From: Camelus ferus
Taxonomy: Eukaryota
DNA length: 64,000 nucleotides
NCBI RefSeq assembly: GCF_009834535.1
Contig: NC_045715.1
Location: 17,980,001-18,044,000 of the forward strand
Direction: 5' to 3'
Each line of letters opens with the position of its first letter. The first letter of the stretch is position 1. The notes under the pieces were generated by a model. That model was not told the DNA's origin. It worked only from the letters and a program-made list of their open reading frames with translations, and did no database searches. The position numbers and the translations under genes were made by a program. Below, one piece after another: positions 13,828 through 25,150 of this stretch.

Positions 13828-14045
13828 TGTTGGTTCCGAATTGTTAGCACCTGGAAGCCAGACAAAGCGCTTAACAAACCACAGCCTTGACCACCCGCCC
13901 CAGCTGAACATCAACATGGCCCCTATGTGCCGGTACCCAGAATCAACGCAGGAAATACTCCTAGATAACAAAGCAGTTGCCACCGGCTACAAACAAAACT
14001 GGCAAGCAATTCAGTTTTGTCTGCTTGCCTTCATTTCAGAAACAG
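13828..14045 (-). pseudogene. Highly decayed H2A remnant (unit A), divergent from H2BC5
   Basis: Homologous to the better-preserved unit-B remnant; patches such as gttccgaattgttagc, ccggctaca and ctgcttgcc match the H2A reverse complement at the expected positions. Confidence 0.5.
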
Positions 14046-14099
14046 ATTAAGATCTCAAAGTCTATTTGTACTAGCTATGGGTAGTCTAGTCTACGCCCT

Positions 14100-14246
14100 C
14101 TGATTGGGTAAAGCAAAGAAACGAAACAACCAATGAAAAGGTAGACCTGCAAGTATCATTTACATTCTCATTTGTGACGCCACAATAACATTAATCCAAT
14201 CACGAACGAAATCTTATTAGCCTTATTTGAATACCACATCTATAAA
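14100..14246 (+). promoter_or_regulatory. H2BC5 promoter: CCAAT boxes, CRE-like TGACG, variant octamer, TATA
   Basis: ATTGG near 14104; CCAAT near 14130 and at 14196-14200; TGACG 14175-14179; ATTTGAAT 14225-14232; TATAAA 14241-14246. Confidence 0.85.
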
Positions 14247-14314
14247 TAAATGTGGCCTTGTGGTGGGTGATCATTTCTCCAGGTGTTAGCGTTGTTGTAA
14301 CTTACAGCGCCGCA

Positions 14315-14695
14315 ATGCCTGAACCGACCAAGTCCGCTCCGGCTCCTNNNNNNNNNNNNNNNNNNNNNNNNNNNNNNNNNNNNNNNNNNNNNNNNNNNNN
14401 NNNNNNNNNNNNNNNNNNNNNNNNNNNNNNNNNNNNNNNNNNNNNNNNNNNNNNNNNNNNNNNNNNNNNNNNNNNNNNNNNNNNNNNNNNNNNNNNNNNN
14501 NNNNNNNNNNNNNNNNNNNNNNNNNNNNNNNNNNNNNNNNNNNNNNNNNNNNNNNNNNNNNNNNNNNNNNNNNNNNNNNNNNNNNNNNNNNNNNNNNNNN
14601 NNNNNNNNNNNNNNNNNNNNNNNNNNNNNNNNNNNNNNNNNNNNNNNNNNNNNNNNNNNNNNNNNNNNNNNNNNNNNNNNNNNNNNNNNNNNNNN
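14315..14695 (+). CDS. H2BC5: Histone H2B type 1-D (mostly hidden by Ns 14348-14716; end inferred from the 381-nt H2B length)
   Basis: MPEPTKSAPAP with the Thr diagnostic of H2B1D; position after H1-4; UUUA-loop stem-loop; distal poly(A) exon. Confidence 0.85.
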
Positions 14696-14732
14696 NNNNN
14701 NNNNNNNNNNNNNNNNTACACCTAATCTCAAG

Positions 14733-14773
14733 GGCTCTTTTAAGAGCCATGCATGTTTTCAGTAAATGAGTTG
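14733..14773 (+). terminator. Histone stem-loop (UUUA loop) and HDE of H2BC5
   Basis: GGCTCT-TTTA-AGAGCC at 14733-14748; AAATGAGTTG at 14764-14773. Confidence 0.93.
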
Positions 14774-17111
14774 TATCCTTTTATTCCAAAGGCGATTTTT
14801 CAGATTTGTCCTGCCAAATTCTAAGGTCCACTACCATTCTTTAATGTTTTAATGTACTTATGGAGGAAGTAATTGTAGGAAACCTAGACAACGTGCCATA
14901 AACTGCGCGCTCACTACGGGCAAGTACAGTCCCATAGAACTATAAATTATGTAGTATCACATAGCCAGATACTAACTTACACTGAAAATGCCATTTCAAG
15001 TGTACAGCTTTCCTTTCCGTGTGTAGGTCTGCAAGTTGATCCTGCCTTTGATCCCGGATTTGGCGATCACCGCTTACTCAGAGCACAAAAGCATGCTCTG
15101 ACTACTTCATTCTGCTCAGTTTTTCTTTTCCGTTTTTCTTCTCTTTTTCTAAGTATATAGACATGTGTTTCTGAACAAAAAAAGGCTGAAGACAATGTGA
15201 GTTATCACAGAAATAATTATAAAGGGTTTTCTGGTTTGCTTTCTTGAAAATTGGTCCAATTTTCGCTGGAGGCTCTGAGCAGCGGGTGGGGGAGGTGGGG
15301 AAGGAGCCTGTGCTCCATCCTAAAGGCACCGAGGGAGAAGAACGGGAAGCCTTCTTTGACACGCCTTCCAGTCAATCTTGTCAGTTACTATACTTTCATT
15401 CTCTGAAAGTCCTAATCAATTTATAGTCCTTCGGTAGCATTCAGATTTAAGGTCCTCAGGGTTACAAGACAGAAACCCACTCCTCAATCCGTTAAGATGT
15501 CTTGACTCAGGACTGACGCCCCCTTTACAGCACCGTTTCCTCTTTCCCGGATGTCCCCGAGCATTGAGGGAGGAGAGGAAGTAGAAAGGGAAGAAAAGCC
15601 CCTTCTGGCTGGATGTGGTTTTGCTGCACGATGTAGGATAGCTTTAAGGGTGTTCGCTGCTGGAACAGATTTGTGGGGAAGTTAAATCTCTGGAATCTCG
15701 AAAAAGGGGCTGGGAGGGAGTGGCCTGGAGGAAAGGAATCAGTGGTCAGAGGTCACCAAGAAAACTGCAAAGTAGATGAGGCTGGAAAGGGAGGCAAGTG
15801 CTGGTTGAGGTGGAGAGTTTAGAAAGGGGGTGTTGTTGTCTAAGAGAGGAATGAATTTAGAAACCCTAGGGTTTGGGAGAAGGTGAGAACCCTAAACAGG
15901 TGCTCTGGATCACGGGGATAGATTTTCCATAATAGGGCAAGTGGGTACTTGGATGGACAATTAAAATCCAAAATAATACTTAAATTTACAAAACACTGTG
16001 AAGAGCCACTATGAAATAAGGAACTCTCATTCCCAGGTGCTTGACCCAGGGAAACCCCAAACACCACAGCTAGCTTTCACCCAAACCTGAGCTTTGATTT
16101 TTAGAGTGTTATGTGAAGCCTGTCCGTAGTGGGGAGCATGATAAGGACTCTTTCCCACTGAAGCTGAGACACTAGACCAAAATGAACTAGAAATAAACAC
16201 TCACACACTCACCATAGATGATTGCAAAATCTGCCCTGACCCTTGGTGCTGAACAAGGAGATTCCACCACTGAGAATTTGGCCTATAAGCCAGCGTTCAC
16301 ACGCATTTCTTTCAGCATTAATACCACAGGGATTCAAAGCACCTAGGCTGAGAATTTAATATAGAGATAACCCCGACTGGTTTAGTGCCCCTGAGCACCT
16401 GGTAAAAGCAAATACAAGTCCTCTCTCGAATAAGCTTCATTTTAGGCCTCCACAGATAAATATCAAAAAAAAAAAAAAAAAAATGAGCAGTTTCACAACC
16501 AAAATTAACCAGAAACACCATGAAACAAGTAACCATGACCAAGAGCAATGAACTATGAGAAAAAAGCTAACATAAAAATTTATTTAAAATATAGGTATTG
16601 AAACTGATGATTGAGAAATACTAAAAAAATTACAATGTTTAAAGTGTAAGATAACTGATTAAGAGTTAAAGAAGAATCTAAAGAATTGAGTCATGAAAGC
16701 TTATAAGGAGATTCTTGTGTGTCAAAATGCCCTAGTAAATTGTACCATGGCACTAGTTTTTTATTTATAAATGATGGTAAGAGTACTTACATGTCAATTC
16801 ATTTAAAAGATAATCATTAACTATCTCTGGCTTAGTCATCTATATGGACACTGGTGATTCAGAGAAACATGGTCGTCCTTGACTTCCTGAAGCCCTCAAG
16901 TTTGTAAGGCTGTCAAGGAAGCTTAGACTTAACTGCTTTCATATTCCTTTATCTTTCAATAAGAACCAAAAAAGTGTTTATCACTCTTTGCAAATCTACA
17001 GGCAGGTAAACAGATGGGCTTCTATGGGAACTACCAAATTCATTCAATGAAGGCGATAAAATTCATCCCAATTTTTGAGTAATAAATATTATACAGTAAT
17101 ATTAATACTAT

Positions 17112-17713
17112 TGTGACACAGTGCAATGCTTAGGAACAGTCCATAAGACCGCACTCACATCTGACACCAACTGCAGTGTTCAGAGTTCTCTCCAAAGCCA
17201 CCCTTGGATTAGATAATTTAATAGAAGGACTCACAGAACTCACCAAAAGCTATTATACTCAACGTTAGTGTTTATTAGACCAAAGGACACAAAGCAAAAT
17301 CAGCAAAGGGAAGAGAACATGAAGCAGAGTCTAGCATTTGCCAGCGGAGTTATGGAACGTTAACAACACCTCCCTGCAACAATTTGTGACAGCATAATGC
17401 ATATTGCCAACTAGGGAAACTCACCTAAGCATTTTATTAGGCCTTTATCACGTAGACACGATCGACCACCTGAGTGGCTGATCTTGAGTCTCCAGTTCCT
17501 CTGGAGGTAGTACAGATACAGCATGGCCTAAAGCCCCCAACATGAATGATATTATTCCACTAGTCCATTAGTGGAATATGGACCTATGATCCTATTAGCT
17601 CAAGGCCTCCTGGTAAACAAAGATATTCTTAACATGCATTCCAAGGGCCTAAAAGTTACCTTCCAGCAAAGGGCAAAGGCTAAACCTCTTTCGATAAGGT
17701 TAATTCTGAACAT
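17112..17713. mobile_element. MER21-family LTR
   Basis: tctgacaccaactgc...agaaggactcacagaactcacc...gggcaaaggctaaacctcttt...aaggttaat; paralogous copy at 43513-44318. Confidence 0.75.
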
Positions 17714-19015
17714 AATCATAAGAAAATATGTAAGTATGACTTTTTTTTTTCCAATTTTGAACTATATATCTATCAGTGACCATAACTTGAGTTCTACAAC
17801 TATTTGCTTTTTTATGATTGTACTATCACATAGTTTTGTATATTTAGGTCACCTGTGGACCTAGAGATTATGAGATTTCTGATGGAAGACAATTTTTCAT
17901 ACTTTATTCAGATGAACAGCATCAGCAGTCTTCTTAATTTGTACTCCCAACTGCCCTCCAAACCCTAGGTGCAGGAAAAGAAGACTTAGGAAGGGTGAAG
18001 GTCAACATTGGGGGAATGTAGGTATTCTTCACCTTCATGTTGGTGGCGTGGGCATTTAGTGCTACATAGAAGAAAAAACTCAGTTTCTTGACATGAAAAC
18101 AGCACTTGACTTTCCTTTTCATAAACGATGAAATCTGCTGCCATGCACAGAGAACAGGAATTGTAGAAAAGTAAAGGAGTTATGCTTTAGGATTTTATTT
18201 AAGTTTTTAACAGTGAATGTTAAGTTGTGTTTTATAAATACAAAACAAGTATCCCAGCCAAATTATGGGTATTTTTTAAGAAAAGAAGGAGGAGGATCAT
18301 GGGAGAAAAAGAAAGGTGAGAGAAATTGAGGACTCAGAAAAAGTATGGAAGAAGTAGACTGCTACTACAGAAGGGAGAGAAAGGGCCTGGAGACCAAAGA
18401 GAAGCCTATAGCGGACTGTGATGGGAGAGAGGCAGGAAAAGAAAAGAGGGAGATGGCTAGATTGACCTTATGATATATTTAGTATTTTTGCCAGGTATAA
18501 GACTTGCAACACAACTGAAATATTCTCCACATTTCTTGGGTTTTCGGTTGACTGAATTGATTAAAATGGTATCATATCTGGGAGATGTTCTCTGACCAGT
18601 AGATGTAAAATGTCACCTCTCTCTTCACATTTTTTAACTTGCTCTATTCATTCTTCTTCATTATACTTAGTACTAATTGACATAAATTTATTTTTTGTTT
18701 CCCTTTCCCATTGTCAAGACTGTTAATCTCCATTGGGGCAGGGTTAGTATTTTTTACCACTGACTCTGTAATACCTTGGCTGTTCCAGACACAGACTAGG
18801 CTCTCAGTAAGTATTTGCAGCACGATGTGATGAATTAATTGAAATACATATATGTCTATAACAATAAAGATAGAGCACAGGGCTGATTTTTGAGAATATT
18901 CAACTGAATGAGTGACTCAGCCTTTCTGAGTCTCACTTTCTTCATCTATAAAAGGAGAATAAAAATCATACACTACTTAGAGTTATTTTAAGGACTAAGA
19001 TAATTTATGTAAGGA

Positions 19016-19140
19016 GGGGAGGGTATATTGCTTAGTGGTAGAGTGGGTTTCAATCCCCAGTACCTCCATTAAACAAACAAACAAACAAACAAAGAAACCT
19101 AATTATGCCCTCAAAAATTAAGAAGAAAAAATATTTTTTA
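19016..19140 (+). mobile_element. tRNA-derived SINE with internal deletion (shared with unit B, 45614-45715)
   Basis: ggggagggtatattgcttagtggtagagtg joined directly to ggtttcaatccccagtacctcca; the same deletion is in the paralog. Confidence 0.8.
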
Positions 19141-19620
19141 AAGTTTAACAAAAATTGAAACCGTTTTTTTTTTTGTTTTTTTTTTTTTGTTGTTGTTTTT
19201 TAAGAAGAGATCATTTGTGTAAAGCTCTTAAAAAGTTATGGACATTTAGTAAGCACTTGGCAGTTGTATTTTCCTTAGTCACTAAATTAAAACGAAAATC
19301 AGAGAAGCTAATTCTTTTCAGATCAAAAATTAAGAGAGAGAATATAAGCTTTTGATCTATTTGAATTCTACCCCGAGGGGTAATTGGGGGATTTGGAACA
19401 AAGATTACATTATTGAGGAATATCTCTTGACTGAGTATGATTTAAGTCATTATCTGTTCATGTTAGTAATGACTAAAGTGTGCATAACACTGGAGGGGAG
19501 ATTCCTTGTAGCACATTATACAAGCATATGTAAACAGATCCCTCTTCATTGTGTAGCAAATATTAGTGCTAATGGCAAAATGGCACCTAACATATAAACC
19601 TTTTTTATTTCTTCAGTCAG

Positions 19621-20012
19621 GGGAGCGATATGAGTGCAAGAAGAACTGAATGCAAGCAGAAAGTGAAAATGAGAATCTGGCTAGAGAAGTTATGAAGTAT
19701 GATGTCCAATCTGCCTGAGATGATTGATTAGTCTGTATATCCCACACAAATCCTATCCATCTGATTTACTGCACATTGATTTATCAAAAGGTGATCATTA
19801 CCTGAGTGGAAGAGCATAAACAAGGTGTTTTAGCTTTTTCATTGTATTTATATTTGAATTAAAGAAATAGAATTTACTTCTGTTACAGGCCTAATTACAG
19901 GAATTCACTACTTACTGTGGACTACCTACCTTTGCTGGGGAAAGCCTGAATGAAAGGATGGCAAGACATCTGTAAATGAGATGCTATAATTAATAAAATC
20001 TGTGGATAATTG
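19621..20012 (+). other. Distal non-coding terminal exon for spliced, polyadenylated H2BC5 mRNA (unit A)
   Basis: Branch point CTAAC 19587-19591, pyrimidine tract, AG at 19619-19620; AATAAA 19992-19997; sequence resembles my recollection of the human H2BC5 variant-2 3' UTR; 3' end approximate. Confidence 0.75.
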
Positions 20013-20211
20013 GAATGCTTCATTCATTGTTGATTCAAATCCTTCTCCTAAGATCTCTCCCCCTTCTAGACATACAATTTATTTATTTTTTCATTTTATT
20101 TTTTGGTATTAATTTCTCAGTAGATAAGTCCTAAGTGCTATTTTGCCTTTGGTAACAATCTTGAATCAAACGAGTTAGTTTAGCTAAGCTGACATTTGAG
20201 AGGTCACCTTC

Positions 20212-20539
20212 TGTTGCCAAATCCTGTTTCCTGTACCCTGGTATCTAATCAAGGCTCAGAGACACAGAATTTTGGGGAAGAGGAAAGAATAGCTTTATTT
20301 CTTTGCCAGACAAAGGGGGTCACAGTGGGCTACTGCCTCAGGAGTGCGAAGCTGGTTTGGGGAAGAGTTGTGGGGAGTTTTATAGTGAAAATCCAAGGAA
20401 CAGTGCTTGGAATAGGACGCAGGGCTGCATTCCTTCCTTCTTTGATACAATCACAGTGGTAAACGGTAATCTGGTGACAAGGTCTTCTGTTCCTGGCAGT
20501 GAACAAGGCATATCTCCTGACATTCCTGTGCCTGGAACA
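20212..20539. mobile_element. ERV1-type LTR fragment (paralog 46776-47100)
   Basis: TG...CA ends; gaaagaatagctttatttctttgccagacaaagggggtcacag motif; no TSD found. Confidence 0.45.
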
Positions 20540-20589
20540 AAGGAAAGGAAGGGGTGTATATGTTGGGAAAAGAAAAAATACGTGCAGTT

Positions 20590-20591
<2 letters not shown>

Positions 20592-20626
<35 letters not shown>
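20592..20626 (+). repeat. (AC)17 microsatellite, absent at the unit-B paralogous site
   Basis: Read directly. Confidence 0.95.
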
Positions 20627-20629
<3 letters not shown>

Positions 20630-20749
20630 GCTCAAAAATGTCTCAGAGTGAGAAGCCATTTGAGGTTACCATTAAGTGACTATAACCACTGTGCCCACTG
20701 TGCGGTTGCACTTCAACATCCGAATTAAGTGGAACACAGTATTTTGAAG

Positions 20750-20954
20750 CAGTTTCAAACTTAAGTGTACGCTAAAATCACCTGAAGGATTTTTTAAAAA
20801 AGATCGCTTTGAGATCACTCTGAGGGCCCCACGTCACAGTGTTCTGATTCACTGTAACTGGAGGAGGACCCAATCATTTGGATTTCTAAATTATGAAGGT
20901 GATGCTGATGCTGATGCTGCCGGTCCAGGGATAACACTTGGAGAACTGTGCTTT
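20750..20954. mobile_element. MER5A-like hAT DNA transposon (paralog 47297-47467)
   Basis: aaaatcacctgaagga...gattctgattca-like core...ggtgatgctgatgctgccggtcca...acacttggagaac. Confidence 0.75.
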
Positions 20955-21099
20955 AGGACATGGGGTTTCCCTGAGATGATACTACCAAACAGCTGCACAA
21001 AACCGAAAAAACACATTGAGGTTTAAACTGGAAGTCAGTACTGAAAATTAGTACCTCCTCCCGGTGCGGCCATGCTGGGGTGCAAAGTACAAAGTGGGC

Positions 21100-21520
21100 C
21101 CTACACGCCCCGCCTCTGCCGGCTCCTAGTAACCAAGGCCCACACGCCGACTCCCTCATTGGGCAGTCCTGCCACGCCCCTCCATGCCGGCTCCCTCATT
21201 GGGCATTCCTGTCACGCCCCTCAATGTCGGCTCCCTCATTGGGGCGTCTCGCTCAGCCACGCGTCCCTCCGCTCCCCGCAGAGCCGCAAGCTACGTATAC
21301 ACCGGGTAACGCCATTCGCGCTCCTCCACTCCGGCCTGCAGTTTGAACCCGCGAGGTTTCCCTGTGGCCGCCCCTGCTAGTGCGCAGACTCTGCCGACGC
21401 AGCCTCTCTCTTCTGGCAACCACAGGACGCCGGAGAGTCCGAACGATGCGCTGGGTCATTCGCAGATAAAGACACAGAACCGAGCAGTCTGAAGACCAAG
21501 AAGCAAGGCAACAGCCCCCC
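21100..21520 (+). promoter_or_regulatory. CpG-rich orphan promoter: 3x40-bp tandem repeat with inverted CCAAT boxes, CACGCCC GT-boxes and a CHR-like TTTGAA
   Basis: ATTGG at 21158, 21198, 21238; TTTGAA 21342-21347; high CpG density; direction inferred from motif order. Confidence 0.7.
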
Positions 21521-22146
21521 TCCTCACCCCCTCATTGGTTTTTCTCCTCCTCTCCCAACTTTTTTCTGAGTTGCCATTTCCTTCATAGCTAATCCCCAGG
21601 AGGCCTGCCTTGCACCACCTCTGCTTATTGTCAGCACTTTTATCGGGCACTTTGTGTGAGTATTAAGTGCGTGTATACGTGGATGCACGCAGAGCCTGCA
21701 TCCATTAGGCATAGCGGACACAGGGTCTACGATCCAGAGTACTTTTAGAGGCTCGCGAAGATACTTGAATTTCTTCTAAACTTTTAGGTCGACGGAAACA
21801 TTCTAATATATTGATGTTTTGATTTTTATATAATTTTAGTAATAATATCCTTTTTGTTATTATTTTTATGGAGGAAGGGATCCAGAACGGCAGATGCGCA
21901 GGACCCACAACAGATAATGCAGACTTGAGTGCGGGTAGCACGGACCCGTTTTCAGTTGTTTCTACTTAGTTAAAAAAAATTTTTTTTAATGGTAAATAAA
22001 CACCCAGGCAAATTTTCAAGTGCTTTCTAGATGTTAACTCGTTTAATTCCCATAAAACATCTGTGAACTGTTATCCCAGCTTTACCTGCTTGTATGAATT
22101 ACCCAAAGTTCAAAATAATTTACCCAATGTTACCCAGCTAATATAT

Positions 22147-22283
22147 GGGAGAGGGTACATAGCGCAGTGGTAGGGTGCATGCTTAGGATGCGCAAGGTCC
22201 TGGGTTCAATCCCTAGTATCTCCATTAAAAAGTAAGTAAATAAATAAACATGATAACCTCCCCCGGCAAAAAAAGAAAGAAAG
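22147..22283 (+). mobile_element. tRNA-derived SINE (shared with unit B, 48631-48760)
   Basis: gagggtacatagcgcagtggtagggtgcatgc...gggttcaatccctagtatctcca. Confidence 0.85.
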
Positions 22284-22589
22284 ATATAGATACAGATATG
22301 GCGGAGGGAATTCTAACCCAGCCTGGTTAGCTCCAGGGTCCCTGACCTAAAAACCATTACACTAAAGATACTATCTTGAGATACCTCTAAACAATTAATC
22401 CAAAAAACAGCAGGTAAGATAACCACTTAACTCTAGACAGGCTACTCTGAGCCCTCTTCTCCACTTGGCCTTTAACAAAGTTGAACAAGACTTGAACACT
22501 ATTATACTGCACTAGCATACTTTGTAACAGCTCAAGGCCTAGGATGACCCCTCTTACAAAGCCTACCCCAAGTCAAGACCTATTCCTTT

Positions 22590-25150
22590 TATCTTTTTCC
22601 TTTTCTGTTTTGTCTTTGTTAGTTTTTTAAGAATCATCTTGACTATTTTTGCTCATCAACATGAATTTTACAGTGCTTTATCAAAAAATCCAGTGAGTCT
22701 TTGTGGCATAACATTGAAATTTTAGGTTATTTTTAAATGTATGGACATTTTAGCATATTGAGACATCCCCAAACATAAAAATAGTCCAGCATACATCACT
22801 TAATTTAGGTGAGTCTTGTTTCATATCCTTTAACAGCACTTCATAGTTTTATTCTTAGAGATCTGCAGTACATTCCCTTGGGCTTAGAATCCTTAGAATG
22901 TGTTGTACTGTTGTGAATGATGTCTGTTTTATTTATTTCAATTCTAGATAGATCATTGCTTGCTAATGTATAGAAAAGGCCATGAATTATTGTTTTGTGG
23001 TGAGCATTTATTCACCAACCCTGTTGAGCTTATTAGAGCTAATTGTTTATAGCTTCTCCTGGATTTTTTACAATGACATATTATTTTCAAAGAATAAATA
23101 TAACATCTTTTCTTATTGAATTCTTACCCTTCTCATTTCTAGTCCTTGTCTCATCGTTTTGGCAGAACCCTTGGTGCCATGCAGAATAGGAGTGATACCA
23201 CGGAATTTTTGTCTTTCTTTTGGCTCTTTGGGGAGTCTTCTAAAATTATACCATTAAATGTTAAGCTCACTGTAGCTACTCCTTATGAAGTAAGTAGCTA
23301 CTACTTCTCGTTCTAGTCTGTTGAAAAATGTTTGTGATGAAGGAGCATTATATTCTAGCAAATACTTTCCCAGTATCCTTGGAGATGATAACAGTTTTTA
23401 TCTATTAATATCTTAAATTTGTGATGTAAAACACATGGAAGCATTCTTGGATAAACCCTACAAGACATACTATTGTTTTTTAAACAGTTTGGTCTCTTGC
23501 TTTCCATTTGTTTACATTTAAAATAGAGATTTATTTATTTATTTTTTTTAATTTGTAAGTAAGATGAGGCTATAATTTTCTCTCAATCTGTTTCTTTGTG
23601 TGTGTGTTGTTCCTGTTTAGTTTAGGTGAAGTTATAAAACTTGAGAAGAAAAAAAGGATAGCTATTTTTCTATTGAAACAGCTTATGTAAAATAGGGATT
23701 ATCAATTACTTAAATTTCACTAAAACCTATAAAACCCAACTTTGCTTGGAATTCTTTGGGTTGAAGAATATAGGAAAGATACATTTTTAAACCCCCATCA
23801 TATTTCCTTAATCATACTTTGTTTTCTCAGCCTATTCTTCTTCTTGAAATTATCGTTTTCTATTAAGAATAATTTTTTTCTAAAGATTGTTCATAGCATT
23901 CTCCTGAGTCTTTCTATCTACCTTTTGGTAGCTAATTTCCCTTTTTTATTCCTATAACTTATTTTCCCCTCCCTCCCACACACTTTTTTTCCTTAACTAG
24001 TCTTTCTAAAGGTTTGCCTATTATCATGAGACTTTTCAAAGAACAAGCTTGTGATTTATGGATCATCTCCATTTTTTCTATTTAATTAATTGTTCCTTTT
24101 AAATTTCAAAAATTGACATTGAGAATAATATGTCAACATACAAATCCATGAGAACCTATAAACAATTAGATCTAATAGAGCTCAACAGGATTGATGGATA
24201 GATGAGAACCACATAAAAAATTATGGCCTTTCTATACATTAGCAGAGACCTATCTTGAATTGAAATAGAAAAACCAGGCATCATTCACAAGAGTGCAACA
24301 CATTCTAAGAATTCTAAGTCCAACTTTATCTGCTTTATTTTGATTTATTCTCTTGTTCTTTTTCTAGCTTTTTTTTTTTTGATAAATACCTATTTCATAT
24401 GTCTTTAGTGTTTCTTTTCCTTCATACATACGTCTAATATTGTATATTTCCATTTCAGTACCACTTCTGATACATCCTACAATTTTCACATGTATTATTC
24501 TCATTCATATTTGTCTCAGAATATAAGTTTCCCTTAATGATATTCATTCTAATCCATGAAATTTAGAGGTGTGCTTTTAGTATCCAGTAATATGGGAAGA
24601 TTGTTTTAGTTTTACTATCTTTAAAATAACCTTTTTTTTTCCTCTTTAATTAGACGATGAAAAAGAGTACAGTGTTTATGAAACTGATTCTTTGGTATCT
24701 ATTGTAACTTTTTCTAAAACCAAGGTTGAATTTTTGAAATGATTAAATATGTGCTTTCCAAAATTGTTTATTCTCTACGTATTAAGTGCAGGAATCATAG
24801 ATCAAGTTTACTCATTGTGTTGTTCAAATATTCTGTAACCATGCACATTGTTCTTTGCTTGTTATGTGAATTTTTGAGTAGTATATTGAAAGTTTACCCT
24901 ACAATCATAAACTTGAAGTTCCCCCAATTCTGTCATTTATTGCCTTACGTAGTGGTTGAGTGGTCAGGTGCATACAAGGTCTTGAATGTTACATCTTATC
25001 AGTACATCTTTATTTGGTCACCGTGGAGTGTAGGTTTTTTTTTTTTTTCTAGAAGTTCTGTTTTGTTATTTTTTGATTACCCTACTTAGATTTTCCCTTG
25101 TTCCTTGATTGTATTATTCCATCTTTATTTCTTTAACCTTTCAGTAAATA
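22590..25150 (-). mobile_element. Ancient L1M fragments (paralog ~49060-50870)
   Basis: T-rich antisense-L1 character and decayed L1M motifs; boundaries approximate. Confidence 0.5.

Noticed and set aside
14252-14314. In-frame N-terminal extensions of H2B and H4 in the ORF track (also 40711, 35286, 61931)
   Set aside because: They begin at non-canonical or near-TATA positions around the expected start site; the canonical ATGs are used.
14240-14750. X-filled ORFs across N runs (also at 29.8, 34.9, 40.9 and 55.6 kb)
   Set aside because: Artefacts: N runs contain no stop codons.
15078-15101. 8-bp hairpin lying in a ~35-bp segment missing from unit B
   Set aside because: Too short to be significant; at most a hairpin-associated deletion.
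20303-20728. 141-aa ORF
   Set aside because: It runs through an LTR fragment and an (AC)n microsatellite and is not preserved in unit B.
21140-21245. 40-bp direct repeats as a CRISPR-like array
   Set aside because: The units are contiguous with no unique spacers, there are no cas genes, and the context is mammalian.
21224-21346. Shared micro-ORF MSAPSLGR...TYTPGNAIRAPPLRPAV in both promoter copies (also 47732-47854)
   Set aside because: It starts within the CCAAT repeat, upstream of the predicted start site, and its shared end reflects the homogenised DNA tract.
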